From Rhynchopus sp. YZ270_cl-10 (lineage: Eukaryota), in contig OZ037846.1 in assembly GCA_964035575.1 (NCBI GenBank), positions 744,001 to 808,000 on the forward strand: a stretch of DNA of 64,000 bases. The letters are read 5' to 3'. Under the pieces are notes generated by a model. The model made no database searches and was not told the DNA's origin. It was given only the letters and a program-made list of their open reading frames with translations. The position numbers and the translations under genes were made by a program. Within the stretch, counting starts at the first letter, position 1. Every line of letters begins with the position of its first letter. Shown one piece after another: positions 23,051 to 34,931 of this stretch.

Positions 23051-25885
23051 CTAGTCTTTTTGCTTCTTCCGTGAGTCGATCTCTTTTTCCAATCGCTTCC
23101 GTGCTCCAAGTTTGAAACCAAGCTCCTGTTTTTTTAGTATTAGCGTAGACCCCCAAAGATGAACCCCACTATAATTTTTATAAGTTTTTTATCACAGTAT
23201 TTTTTTTTTTAAAAACGCACTACGTTGTGAACGGAAAGTGTTAACGTCGTTCACTCACCCCAACCGTGCTCCGCAACACCACCCAACAGGTGTGTGTGGA
23301 AGCGTCAACGCATCAAACAACTCTAAGAAAAGGGGTGGTGAGGGAAACGACACCACTTTTTTGCGTATAAAAAATTGTGAATAAAACAGTATTTTTAAAA
23401 TCATTAATACTCCACCTGTACAATTATGGGCTGGTATCTGTGAACAAAAAAATCTGACAGTACAATTTTCTCCACAAATCCTCCTGCCTAATAAGCAGTC
23501 CAATACACTCCTCGCCTCGTATGAACGAGAGTACAGGGTGTTATTCCTTTTTCACACCATGAAACAGAGCCGCAAGACACCTCACCATGAAGCAGTTCCT
23601 TGCGTACTTCAAGGAGTTGCACGAAGACGGGACCATGAAGGCATCATGCAGACGAAGTGGAGCATGACAAGCAGGATGCTGAGGGTGAGTTACCCTGCCT
23701 TCAAGGCTGGCTTTGAGTCAGTCTCGAAGGTGGGGAGATCTGACGGTAGAGAACGAAGGCGACATCCACAACCGACGTGAAGACGGCGAAAGGAAGACCA
23801 AGCTGGAAAGGCTTGTGAAGGAAGAGAAGGAAATGTGTTGGCGTGTCTCGTTCGCACGTTGCAAAAAAAAAAAAAAAAATCGGGATGCGCACGCGGACTC
23901 CTGTTATTTTGATCCCCTCCGGTTCCCTCTCACTGGTTTATGTGGTGGCATGCTTCCCTGCAGGTATGGAGTACTAAATTTTTCGCCTAGAGTAATTCAG
24001 GTGTAATTGTGTGTACGTAGACTGAACGTGTACCCAAGATAGGCACAGGTAGGTGCGGATAACCAGGTGTGCACGATTTGCGTTTGGGGTAAAACGTATA
24101 AGATCATTGTCAACCCAAAATTGCTTTACACAATACCCGCTAAAAGACAAATTTAACCTCAGCCTTGGAACCCCTCCCAACGATACCTTAAGATCGTCCC
24201 CGGTCAATGCGAGGAAGGTCGACTCATCGATCTTTTCTGAGACAAAGATACTTCGGTCTTCGTCGTCGATGTTGTTGATGGAGGCGAGCCATTCGGGGAA
24301 CTCTGTTTTCACTGCTGCGACGGGGGTCGCTTCGGGGGTAGGCTCTACAGGCTCCACAGGCTGTGCAGGCTGTGTAGGCTGTGTAGGTTGTGTAGGCTGT
24401 ACAGGCGCGACTGCTGCAGGGACATCTGCACCACCGTCACCACCTCCTGGCACCACATCTCCCGTCGCAGGCGCGACGTCACCCTCAGGTACCGCGCCCC
24501 CCGCCTCCTCAATCGGCACCTTCTCCTTACACTGGTTTGCCTCGTACCGTACCTTGTAGCGCTTCCGACTAGACCCGTATGTGTAGATCCCCTCGCCATG
24601 CATCATGTCGTTCTCCCACGCCCCGCTGTACGCGCTCGCGCTTGCGAAGACCAGCTCCCCTTGGCCGTGTTTTTTGTTCTGCAAAAACTCCCCGGTGTAT
24701 TTGTCGCCCTTCTTCGTCTGGAAGGTGCCCTTCCCTTCGCGTGACCCCTGCCGGTAGGTGCCCTCGTAGAATCCACCGTCAGCGTAGACATACTTTCCTT
24801 GGCCGTGTTCGTGGTCGTTGACAAACCCGCCTTCGTACATATCGCCGTTTTCGTATTTGAGGGTGCCGTTGCCGTGCTGTGATGTGGGAGGGGGTAACAA
24901 AATAATGGTGAAATCAATAAAAGTTGCTTGGTGCCAATCTGTAGGTTTCGGCCTACATTGAGTACAGATCTTTATACTACGCAGGGTGTAATGCGATTGT
25001 AGATGCAAAAAAAAACCTCATTTTTTTCTCAGAAACTCTGGTCTTAAAAAAATATCGTTTAGTTTTCCCTTTACATACCATGCAGTCGTTCTTCCAATCA
25101 CCGTCATAGGAATGCTCAGGACACTCATAATACCCTTTGCCATGCTTCTGGTCGTCAACCCAGTCACCCCGGTAGGAGTGTCCATGCGACTTGCTTGACA
25201 ACGTCCCCTTCCCTGTCTGGTGCCCCGCTACCCACTGCCCTTCGTACTTATTGCCGTGCACATCTACTAGCACACCAAAGTCTTGAAACAGGCCTTCCTT
25301 GAAGCCTCCTTTATAGACCTCACCTGATTTGAAGGTAAACTCACCCTGGCCCTCTTCAATTCCTTTGACGAAGGTGCCTTTGTAGGTTCCGCTGGCAGGG
25401 TCGGTGAGCTCTCCTTTTCCGTGGCGTTCGCCGTGTTGCCATTGGCCGTCGTAGATGACGCCAGTTGCTTTGCGTGTGTAGATGCCAGATCCGTGGCGTT
25501 TGCCGGCGTCCCAATGGCCTTCGTAGACGTCCCCTGTTTTGTTCCATGTGAATTTTCCGGTTCCTTGGATTTTTCCGTCGGAGACTTCTCCAAGGTAGGA
25601 GCCAAAGGAGAACTCAACCGCCTGCCCTTCGCTTCCGGCGGCAGTTGGCGCAGCTTTGATTTTTTCCTCCATCTCCTCATCCATCTGCTCCTGCTCAACG
25701 GCGCTCTGCTTCTTCTCGTCCTGCTGCTCGCGTCTGCGTTGTTTCATAAGCTTCTTCATCTCAAGCTTGCGCTTCCTCTCGTCCTCCTGCTGCGACCTCT
25801 CAATCTCCTCCAACTCCTTGCGCTGCTTCGCCTCCTTCTCAGACTCCTCAAGGAGACGTTGTTTGATCGCTGCTTCATCAGACAT
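23051..25885 (-). CDS. Coiled-coil + MORN-repeat + C-terminal SAM-domain protein, 3 exons
   Basis: Exons 25885-25079, 24876-24187 and 23125-23051 are joined by phase-0 GT-AG introns. There are about 12 YxGxWxxGxxHGxG repeats. The SAM-like segment EWLASI...FVSEKID...LALTGDDLK|ELGFKLGARKRL is completed by exon 3. Confidence 0.9.
23504..23700 (+). pseudogene. Frameshifted tyrosine-recombinase-like N-terminal fragment in MORN intron 2
   Basis: Across frameshifts it reads ASYEREYRVLF...LTMKQFLAYFKELHEDGTMKAS/MQTKWSMTSRML, resembling the Crypton recombinase N-terminal pattern. Confidence 0.5.
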
Positions 25886-26718
25886 TTGTAGGGAAGGGGG
25901 GGGGGAGTGAGGTGTGTGCCTGAGTGGAGTGGTGTTGAAAAGGAAAAGACTCTTTAAAGTGAAGTTGTTGATGCAGGCATCTCCGACTGACCCACGATGC
26001 CAGCCATCTGGATGAAAAGTGCAAAGTACTCTGCGGCCAACAGAAGATGTAAAAAAGGAAGCCTAATAGGCTTGCCCGTAAGAGAGCGAAGGTGGTACAC
26101 AACCGTTCGTCATCCGGCGGTCCACCTTTCGTTGAAGAGTTGTGAGCTTCTGCAGCCAGGAAAATGGATGTTCGTGCATACAGAGCTAAAAAAGAAAACG
26201 AAAAGGAACAGATCTATCCACCTGATTTTGGCATGGTAGTAACTTCTGCCAAACAAACGCCAAAATCGGGTCGAAAAATCAGGTGGTGCTTACATCGAGA
26301 ATACATCAAAAAAAAGAAAAAAGAAAAAGGATATGGGGTGGAACGTTTTCCAGAAACATGCATTGGAAATAAATTTAGAATTCTGGCGAGGCAAAAAAAA
26401 TATATATTTGGACCGTTATGCTATACCTTCATTCCCTTTTTTTTTTGTTGTGTCAACTATCGCCTAAGGACCCGCTTGGGGAACCTAGAATCTGTACTTA
26501 ATGTTGGCCGAAGCCTTTTGTACTATGGAAGGTATAGACGTCGGTCGTCCTCAACCCTCAAAAAAAGAGGGATATCCTGTCTTTCTCTTTTTTTTTTTTG
26601 TTGTCAGACCAGCTGTCTCGTATGCGAATCTGAGTTTACCTTTTATTCATTTCATCAGCAAACACACGCTAAGAATACCACGGTACAGGAAAGGGTGTGT
26701 GTGTGTGTGTGTGTGTTT

Positions 26719-27866
26719 CTACTGCCCTCGCCCCACTCTTGCTGTTATCACAAAGTCTACACCAGCGGGCATTACAGTTTCATCCTCACGCTTTGGCTCA
26801 ACCTGAGGGAAAAGAAGGGTGTGTAAAGGGGGCTCAACAGACTGGGTAGCTGCACGGTACTCTTATTGATGTATGCTCGTTGACGTGACCCATCCCCACC
26901 TTCAAACAAACTGAGAGGTGAGAAAGGCGCCACGACGGTACTCTTATTTGCTGTCGGTCAACAACAACAAAATTTGTATAAAATTGTAGCCTACGATCAG
27001 TAGATAGCAGGATTTTTTTTCTTCACAGGATCCTTAAAAGACAGCAAATAAAAGGAAGGTACGCTTTGCAGTAGGATGTCAACACCCTTTTTCTATTTTG
27101 AAAATTTGGTTGTATTAGTGTAGCCACCTAGAGTGTGTTCTACTATTCTCTATTTTGTTTTGGGGGGAGATTTGTTATGCATTATTGTCAACAACAACAA
27201 AAAAAAAAGGGGTGGGGGAATGGTTGATTCTCTCTGTTTTGCTCTGGTTTTATGCTTTAAAAAAAGAGGGGAAACGTTCTTATTTTCTGGGAGGACAGAG
27301 AGGATAGGGAGGGTTGAAAAATCATATATTTTTTTATCGTGCAATTTTTGACTCGTGTACAAATCCTTCAGGAAGAACCAAAAATTATAATCTGGGAGCG
27401 TGTAATTATTACCAAGCGTGTAATTATGAATCGTTAGCGATTTGCGACCAAAAATGTCAACCGTGTAATTATGGGTAATAATTACACGCTCAAACCCACT
27501 TTTGGTGATTCTAAGTCGCCAAAGGGAAAGGGACTCTGCAAAATTTTTTTTCCCCCCTATGAGCATACATGTTGGTACGTACGTAAAACGCGCAAAAATA
27601 ATCAAAAAACGCGCAAAATAATAAAAAAATGTTTTTAATAAAAAACGTCACAAAGACGTTTTGCGCGCTTTTGTTACGTTTTTGTGACGTTTTTATTAAA
27701 AACATTTTTTTATTATTTTGCGCGTTTTTTGATTATTTTTGCGCGTTTTACGTACGTACCAACATGTATGTATAAGGGTTAATTTCGACGATTTGAGCCC
27801 ATTCAAAGCAAAATTTGACCCATTTGAGCAGTTCTAGGCCCCTCAAACACGTTTTTGATTATCCGC

Positions 27867-27901
<35 letters not shown>

Positions 27902-30900
27902 ACTATTTATTCACCTCCTTTTAGCGGGGTTTTATTTTGCGATAACTTCACGCATTTTTTTCCCAGGCGAGGGCTACTTAATTTGCCGAGCGAAGCGAGG
28001 CAAATTGAGTGCACGAGCCTGGGAAAAAAATAAGTGAAGTATCGCAAAATAATCCGCTAAAAGGAGGTGAATACGTAATTTTATTTCACGGGAAATAAAG
28101 TATACGAAAGGATTTGGCACTTTTAGCGTGACTTATTTATTGTGCAATAACTAACGAGTATGTGTCCTCACAGGAAGCTCTCAGGGGGAAAAAAAAAAAA
28201 GAGCGTGAAAAAAAAAAAAAAAAAAGCTCTCATTACCCTCCCGCCAGCGCTACCGGGTCCCGCGGACCCCTAGATAGGCCCGCTGAGGGGCTGGCGGGAT
28301 TGAGGAGGCTGGAGGGAGGCTAAAAAAGGCTGGACGGTCCCTCCAGCCCTACTACCTACATGTACCAAAATTTAGCGTGAAATTATCATTAAATAAAATC
28401 CCGCTAAAAGTGCCAAATCCTTCGTATACTTTATTTCCCAGGGGAATAAAAAAAAAACCCACTTTTTCGGTTCAACATCCATACTTCGGCACATTTCCCA
28501 TACACCCCACATACACACTCCCATCATCGACATACAGTGACTGGAGGGTGACGGGGACTCGCCGGATTTGTACACTCGTCAAAAATTGCACGATAAAAAA
28601 AAAACTAATTATTGGTGTGGCTGACGACCCCAAAATAGCAGAAAATAGCAGAAAATCGCAGAAAATAGCAGAAAATAGCACTTTGGGGGGATTTTTTTGG
28701 GTTTGGTGGCTGGGTGGTGGTGTGGCTCCCGATGGACGAGGGAAGGAAACTTGGCCAGCCCGCAAACCCGGAAACCCCCTCCCACTCCACAAACGGATCA
28801 TAAGGTACACAGTACACAGTACACAGTACACAGTACACAGTACACAGTACACAGTACACAGTACACAGTACACAGTACACAGTACACAGTACACAGTACA
28901 CAGTACACAGTACACAGTACACAGTACACAGTACACAGTACACAGTACACAGTACACAGTACACAGTACACAGTACACAGTACACAGTACACAGTACACA
29001 GTACACAGTACACAGTACACAGTACACAGTACACAGTACACAGTACACAGTACACAGTACACAGTACACAGTACACAGTACACAGTACACAGTACACAGT
29101 ACACAGTACACAGTACACAGTACACAGTACACAGTACACAGTACACAGTACACAGTACACAGTACACAGTACACAGTACACAGTACACAGTACACAGTAC
29201 ACAGTACACAGTACACAGTACACAGTACACAGTACACAGTACACAGTACACAGTACACAGTACACAGTACACAGTACACAGTACACAGTACACAGTACAC
29301 AGTACACAGTACACAGTACACAGTACACAGTACACAGTACACAGTACACAGTACACAGTACACAGTACACAGTACACAGTACACAGTACACAGTACACAG
29401 TACACAGTACACAGTACACAGTACACAGTACACAGTACACAGTACACAGTACACAGTACACAGTACACAGTACACAGTACACAGTACACAGTACACAGTA
29501 CACAGTACACAGTACACAGTACACAGTACACAGTACACAGTACACAGTACACAGTACACAGTACACAGTACACAGTACACAGTACACAGTACACAGTACA
29601 CAGTACACAGTACACAGTACACAGTACACAGTACACAGTACACAGTACACAGTACACAGTACACAGTACACAGTACACAGTACACAGTACACAGTACACA
29701 GTACACAGTACACAGTACACAGTACACAGTACACAGTACACAGTACACAGTACACAGTACACAGTACACAGTACACAGTACACAGTACACAGTACACAGT
29801 ACACAGTACACAGTACACAGTACACAGTACACAGTACACAGTACACAGTACACAGTACACAGTACACAGTACACAGTACACAGTACACAGTACACAGTAC
29901 ACAGTACACAGTACACAGTACACAGTACACAGTACACAGTACACAGTACACAGTACAGCACCTGATCTATATCGGGACAAAATACATTTTTTTTTGCTAA
30001 AATTGATCTTATTTTTTACGCTGTTTTGCTCGAAAAAAACGTTGTCTGCATCTTTGGTAGGTGTTTTGGGGACTGGCTGGGGTCAGGAGTGCCTCATTTC
30101 CCCTCCCTTTAGCAAAAGCCCAAACCACGGCCAAAAAATAAAAAAAATCCAGACCCCCAAAATAGCAGAAAATAGCAGAAAATAGCAGAAAGTAGCAGAA
30201 AATAGCAGAAAATAGCAGAAAATAGCACCCCCCTTCAGCCACACCAATTATGTGAAATTATTACCAGATAATTACACTTAGGTGTGTTTTTTGTCACTTG
30301 TTCCCTAAACCCACTCGCTTCGCTCGTGGGTTTAGGTCACTCGTGACAAAAAACACACCTGCGTGTAATTATGGGGTAATAATTACCCAATAATTATATC
30401 ACACATTCTCCGAAATTGCGTATCATTTTTCAGATTTTTCACTCACTCGGCCCAGATGCATATTTTTTATCGTCCGACCCCGGAATTGAACGTTTCGAAA
30501 CCGCGCTTTCAAAAGAAATAAAAATCTCAAAAAAATAAAAAAAATCTTTTTTCTGAAATCACCGTGAGAGTTTTTACCTCCTAATCTCAGCAACAGGTGA
30601 GAAAAGGACAGATGCATAATTCTGTCTGAAAATGCGCGGAATGGTGTTTCCGGACTCCAAACTTTTCAAAGAAAAAAAAATCGAGCAATTTAGTCAAAAA
30701 ACTATTAAATTGGATTGGCTCCATTGTAGAACACCCATATACAGGGCAATTTGGCTGCAATTTGGGTGTAAAAATGGGGTTGGCTCCACCGAAACCTGGC
30801 TGACACATAGTATTTTTCCGGCGGAAAAAAATCGTCAGAATTGAAAGAATTGTTGAAAATAATTCCAAAGAAAAAAAAAATTGGCAACTTTTGATAAAAA

Positions 30901-33188
30901 CGTTTTTAGTGGAATAAGTCACCGAAGACCACCCAAAAAGGGGTTTCTAACCTGATCCCTTAGGAAAGTACAGGGAATACCTGAAAACGCCCCTCCCTCC
31001 CAAAATCCTTTGCGACATGAAGAGAGGCATAAAAAAAATCGTCCGACCCCGGAATTGAACGTTTTCACACCCGATCTTTCAAAATAAAAATAAAAATATT
31101 TTTTTTGGGGCGCGAGAAATTAGTAGGATCCACCCGTCAACGCACACAGACGTTTAATGACCTCAGGGTGCAATATTTTTTTGCAAAAAGGCGCGGAATG
31201 GCATTTCCGGAGCGATCTGAAAAAATTCCGGGGTCGGAGAATTTTTTTAGTGGAAAAATAGTCACTTTAAATTGGCTCCATGGTTGGTCACAAGTGATAC
31301 GCAGTTTCGGAGAATGTGTGATATATATTTGTTTTTGCTCTGGAAGAGAGTGAGTGAGTGACATACCGCCGCAACGACACCCAACGCATAGAGGGCCCCA
31401 CGCAACATGCCGGCAGGGAAGTACAACAGTGTGAGCGGGTTCAGTCTCGGAAGGGTGTCCTGTTGTGTGGTTGTTGTGGTATTGTCTTCTACACGTGTTA
31501 GACTCGTTGGTCCGTGTTTCAAGACGGGTAGTTAAAGGTCGCTATGTCAGGTGCCCACCCTACGTAAACTAATCTGAGATACACACGCCTCACCTGAACG
31601 CAGACAAATAGAGTAAAAATCGGTCATACCGTTGTGAAGTCGTCAAGCCCCAAAGGCACAGTGTGGCCTTCAATCAACGCTTCGAACTCGACGCCGTCTG
31701 ATGCTGAAACTATAGACTTGTTCACACCAGACGGCATCTGTTGACTCGTAATCACAAGCTTCAGGCCTGCGTGAAAGGTAACACCATCATGGATCACTTC
31801 TCGTGCCAACAGCCCTCTTGTACCAGGTGCATAAAGCTGTACACCTGCACAGCACACATGCTGTAAATACTTAAAATTTGCTGCTTTTACAATGAAAACC
31901 TGTAGAGAAGGGGGGGGTGTTTTTGCAGCTAAAACTGCAATACATTTTTTTTTTGTTATCTACTCAGGGTTTTTTCTAGGATTTTTTTTTTCAGATCTGG
32001 GGGGGGACGCAAAAAACCCGCCCAAAAAAAAAAAAAAAAATTTCGCAGGTGCAAGCAGGGTTTCCGCTTATCTTCATGGAAAAATTTTCCAAAACCGTGA
32101 AGATATGTCCAAAAAGGGGTCAAAATTTTTCGCGCTCCGCGCAAAAAAGCCCGTTCATTTCACGTAAATACGTGATAACGTGGGATGGTAACGTACATCA
32201 AGAACCAACCCTTTTTCTCATGTTCCACGGAACCTTCCCTCAGTACAAGAAGAAACGGCGGTCATGATATCAGAACTTTCTGGCGAAGCCACGGTACGCA
32301 ACATTTCAAAAAATTGTGACCTAAAATTGAACATTTGTACAGCCAAACTATGGTAGAGGGCTGTGGGATTCCGCTCATAAGTTTTGAGTTGCGCCGCAGG
32401 CGCACGGTACGCTACGTTTTTGATTTTTGCCGATCCCTTATTCTCACTCTTTGTTCGGCCCGTCAAATGGTGCAAAGATTGAGTGAATTGGGGCACGGTC
32501 TGAAACTTCACCTCGCTTTTTCCTCTTCACAATGATGCCAGGAAGGGGATAAGACGCGCTTCGCGCGCGCTCGACTCCCTGCCTCCCCTTTTTTTCTGGT
32601 GCGGGTTATGTACGTGGTGTCCCAAATGGGGGGTCTGTGCGGGTGACCCCAACCACCCCCCATATCCTTTTTTTCCCAAGTCAAAATGCGTCCCCCCCCG
32701 TCCCCCCCTAGAAAAAACCCTGTCTACGCTTGAGACACTGTATTTCACGCCCCTTAACAAATTTGCCTCGGGCTATTTTTTCACCAAAAAAACAGCCTAA
32801 TAAATTCACACCAATAATATATCGCATTTTTCTTCAAAAATTGAAACCTTTAGAGGGTAGATTACATCCTACTTTAATTCTATTGACATACATCGCCTTG
32901 TTTGTTCATTTTCAGCGCATCCATAGGCTTCTTGAACGCAAAGGGCCAGAACTCTCTACACAGATACCGCACAGCCTCTTTGGGCTCCTCACGCCGGGAG
33001 AGCTTCAGGAGAGACCGTTCCTTCATGAGACGCTCCATGATACCGACGCCTACGCGGAAGCCCATTGCCTCTTGCCGTCGTACGAGCACGTCGTCTGTGC
33101 CACCCTGCTCCACCACGTTCTTCAGCAAACACTGCATAGACTCTGTAATAAGCATCAACATCGCACTCTCAGATATTTCTTTCGGCAT
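26719..33188 (-). CDS. TRAPPC6: TRAPP complex subunit 6 (Trs33-like), 4 exons
   Basis: Exons 33188-32892, 31899-31630, 31459-31367 and 26802-26719 are joined by phase-0 GT-AG introns. Motifs: EAMGFRVG..IMERL, YLCREFWPFAFKKPMDALKMNKQG, YFPAGMLRGALYALGV. Confidence 0.9.
27564..27770. mobile_element. Fold-back MITE (CATAC...GTATG), almost entirely palindromic
   Basis: About 95-bp near-perfect inverted arms; flanks TATGAG / TATAAG. Confidence 0.85.
27900..28450 (+). mobile_element. Short Crypton-like copy
   Basis: Near-identical to the copy ending at 16570; embedded between A-runs. Confidence 0.8.
28613..30246. mobile_element. TGGTG...CACCA element with 5-bp TSD carrying a (CAGTACA)n array
   Basis: 12-bp TIR TGGTGTGGCTGA; TSD ATTAT; subterminal (AAAATAGCAG)n at both ends. 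Confidence 0.85.
28805..29957. repeat. (CAGTACA)n heptamer array, ~165 units
   Basis: Perfect 7-bp tandem repeat. Confidence 0.99.
30398..31322. mobile_element. Non-autonomous TIR element in TATA context
   Basis: TIR ATCACACATTCTCCGAAA(T/C)TGCGTATC; shares internal GTCCGACCCCGGAATTGAACGTTT with 34932-35842. Confidence 0.8.
31491..31529 (-). other. ~39-nt fragment of LSU (28S) rRNA in TRAPPC6 intron 2
   Basis: Minus strand reads ACCCGTCTTGAAACACGGACCAACGAGTCTAACACGTGT, matching the conserved LSU segment just 3' of the D2 domain (NL4/LR3-type primer site). Confidence 0.85.
31965..32722. mobile_element. CAGGG-ended MITE in TRAPPC6 intron 1
   Basis: TIR CAGGGTTTTTTCTAGG; flanks TCTACT / TCTACG; inverted near-identical copy of 37433-38231. 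Confidence 0.9.
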
Positions 33189-34931
33189 GGTGCGCTACCC
33201 CCTCTTTTGTGTAAACCCTGTGAAATAATTGGATTTTGTTTGAAAAAGAGAAAAAAAATCTGGAAAAAAAAATTGAGATTGGAGACGTTTTTCTGAATCC
33301 AAAATGCTTTTATGGGGGGATCTTTTTTTTGTTTGTTTGTTGTTTTTTTTTTTTTTTCCCTAAAAAAGAAATACATATGAACGGGGTAGGGGGGGGGAAA
33401 AAATGGGGGGGAGAAGTTGATGAGAATATACGGGAGAAGGGAGAAAAGAAAAGTTTATAAGATGACCCTAAGCCTCCGTCGCTTAGTCACCTTGAGAAAA
33501 AATGTGCATGTGTGTGAGGGTGGGGGTGGGGGTGGGGAATGGTCTGTACTCTGTATATCCTGATGTCTTTTAGCTGGCAGAAACAGTGCTACACACTACA
33601 CAAAGAATACGGTACAGTCCGTAAAAACCTAGTGGTTGGCTGTAATATGATAACTGCCCATCATAATACATCATACACATCACAATACAGCTGTATTGTG
33701 ATACTATGCATTATGACCGGCAACTATCACAATACAGCAACTATAAAAACACCCCCTAAAAGGTTGCCTTTTTGTTGATTTTTTTTTTGGTTCATAATAT
33801 TTTCTAATCAAAAACTTCTTCGTTTTCTTCATCTTTGAACTCAAAAACCACATTTCTTAGGGGTTCTTACAGACCGTACCATACTATCATTTGCTGGTTT
33901 CATCTGTTAGCTTAGTGTAGCTTGACATTGCAAAAAGTAGTACACTGTATTGTTGTTGTTATTCTTCTGTCAAATTGCCAATCACCTAAAGTACCTGCTG
34001 TGATGTGACGAAAGGGCTATAGACTGTACATAGCAATGGGAATACAGCAATTAATCTTTATTTTTGATAAATTGTTGGAGTAGTGTAGTTGTCCTTGGTT
34101 GTGTTGCCACAGTTTTGTGCAATCTCCACTTTTTTTGTGTATTCTGATCACAAATTCTGCTGGTAAAATTCATCAAAAAAAAAAAAGGTTACTTTTGTCT
34201 CTTTGTTGTTGTACGTTGTTGTTGCGTTGAAGCATCTACACACACACAAAAATACAGCCATTCAGTCAGAGTGGTATTGGATCAGGAAGAGGATTTTCAA
34301 TTTCTTTTTGAGGGGGAAAAAAAAATCATCAAACAAAATCAAGACACGATTTACTTTTATTTTCTCACTCGGTTGGGCGGAGGAGAGGTGAAAGTGGAGG
34401 GCTATGTCAGCAGAAATAAAATGACATTTATATAAACACCAACGCCAAAAGAGAGGGTATTTACCCTCCCACCTCACCCTCCCTTTTTTTGGTTCTGTCC
34501 TGAATATAAATTGCAAAAAAAAAATGGAAAATGAAAAAAAAATGAAAAAAAAAAAAAATTGTAAAGTATGCCACAGGGTTGGTTGTTGTTGTTTTTTGAT
34601 TATTATTTTTTTTTGATTGTTTTGACAATCTTTGTTTAAACCGAATAATCCGAGCTTGAACGACATTTTGCTTTGTTTTGAATTATTTTTTTAAAAAACT
34701 TTGTTGTATTAGTGCAACCACCATAGAGTGTGCTCCACTATAGTTTTTTTTATTTTGCTTTGTTTGTTTTGGTATCCACCCCTCCAAAGATGAGTTGTAC
34801 ACAAAGTCGCCCACAGGCTAAGCTTTTTTTCTCTTATTTTTTTTTCTTTTTTTAGTTTTGCGAAGAAAATATTTTTCGCATTTAGGTGAGGAAGCACGCG
34901 CAAAATAATAGCCCTCAAAAAAAAAATATAT

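Larger units (their letters stand above)
27329..30397 (-). mobile_element. Crypton-like element, third subfamily, split by three nested insertions
   Basis: Palindrome 30256-30384 is centred on GCTTCGC. Block at 28564-28600 is inverted at 27329-27366. The block and palindrome become adjacent when 28613-30246 is removed. Confidence 0.65.

Noticed and set aside
11002..30185. YCVLCTV / TVHSTQY repeat ORFs
   Set aside because: Translations of the (CAGTACA)n arrays inside MITEs; the second array also lies in an intron.
31491..31529. Functional rRNA gene
   Set aside because: Only about 39 nt match; the flanks are not recognisable rDNA.
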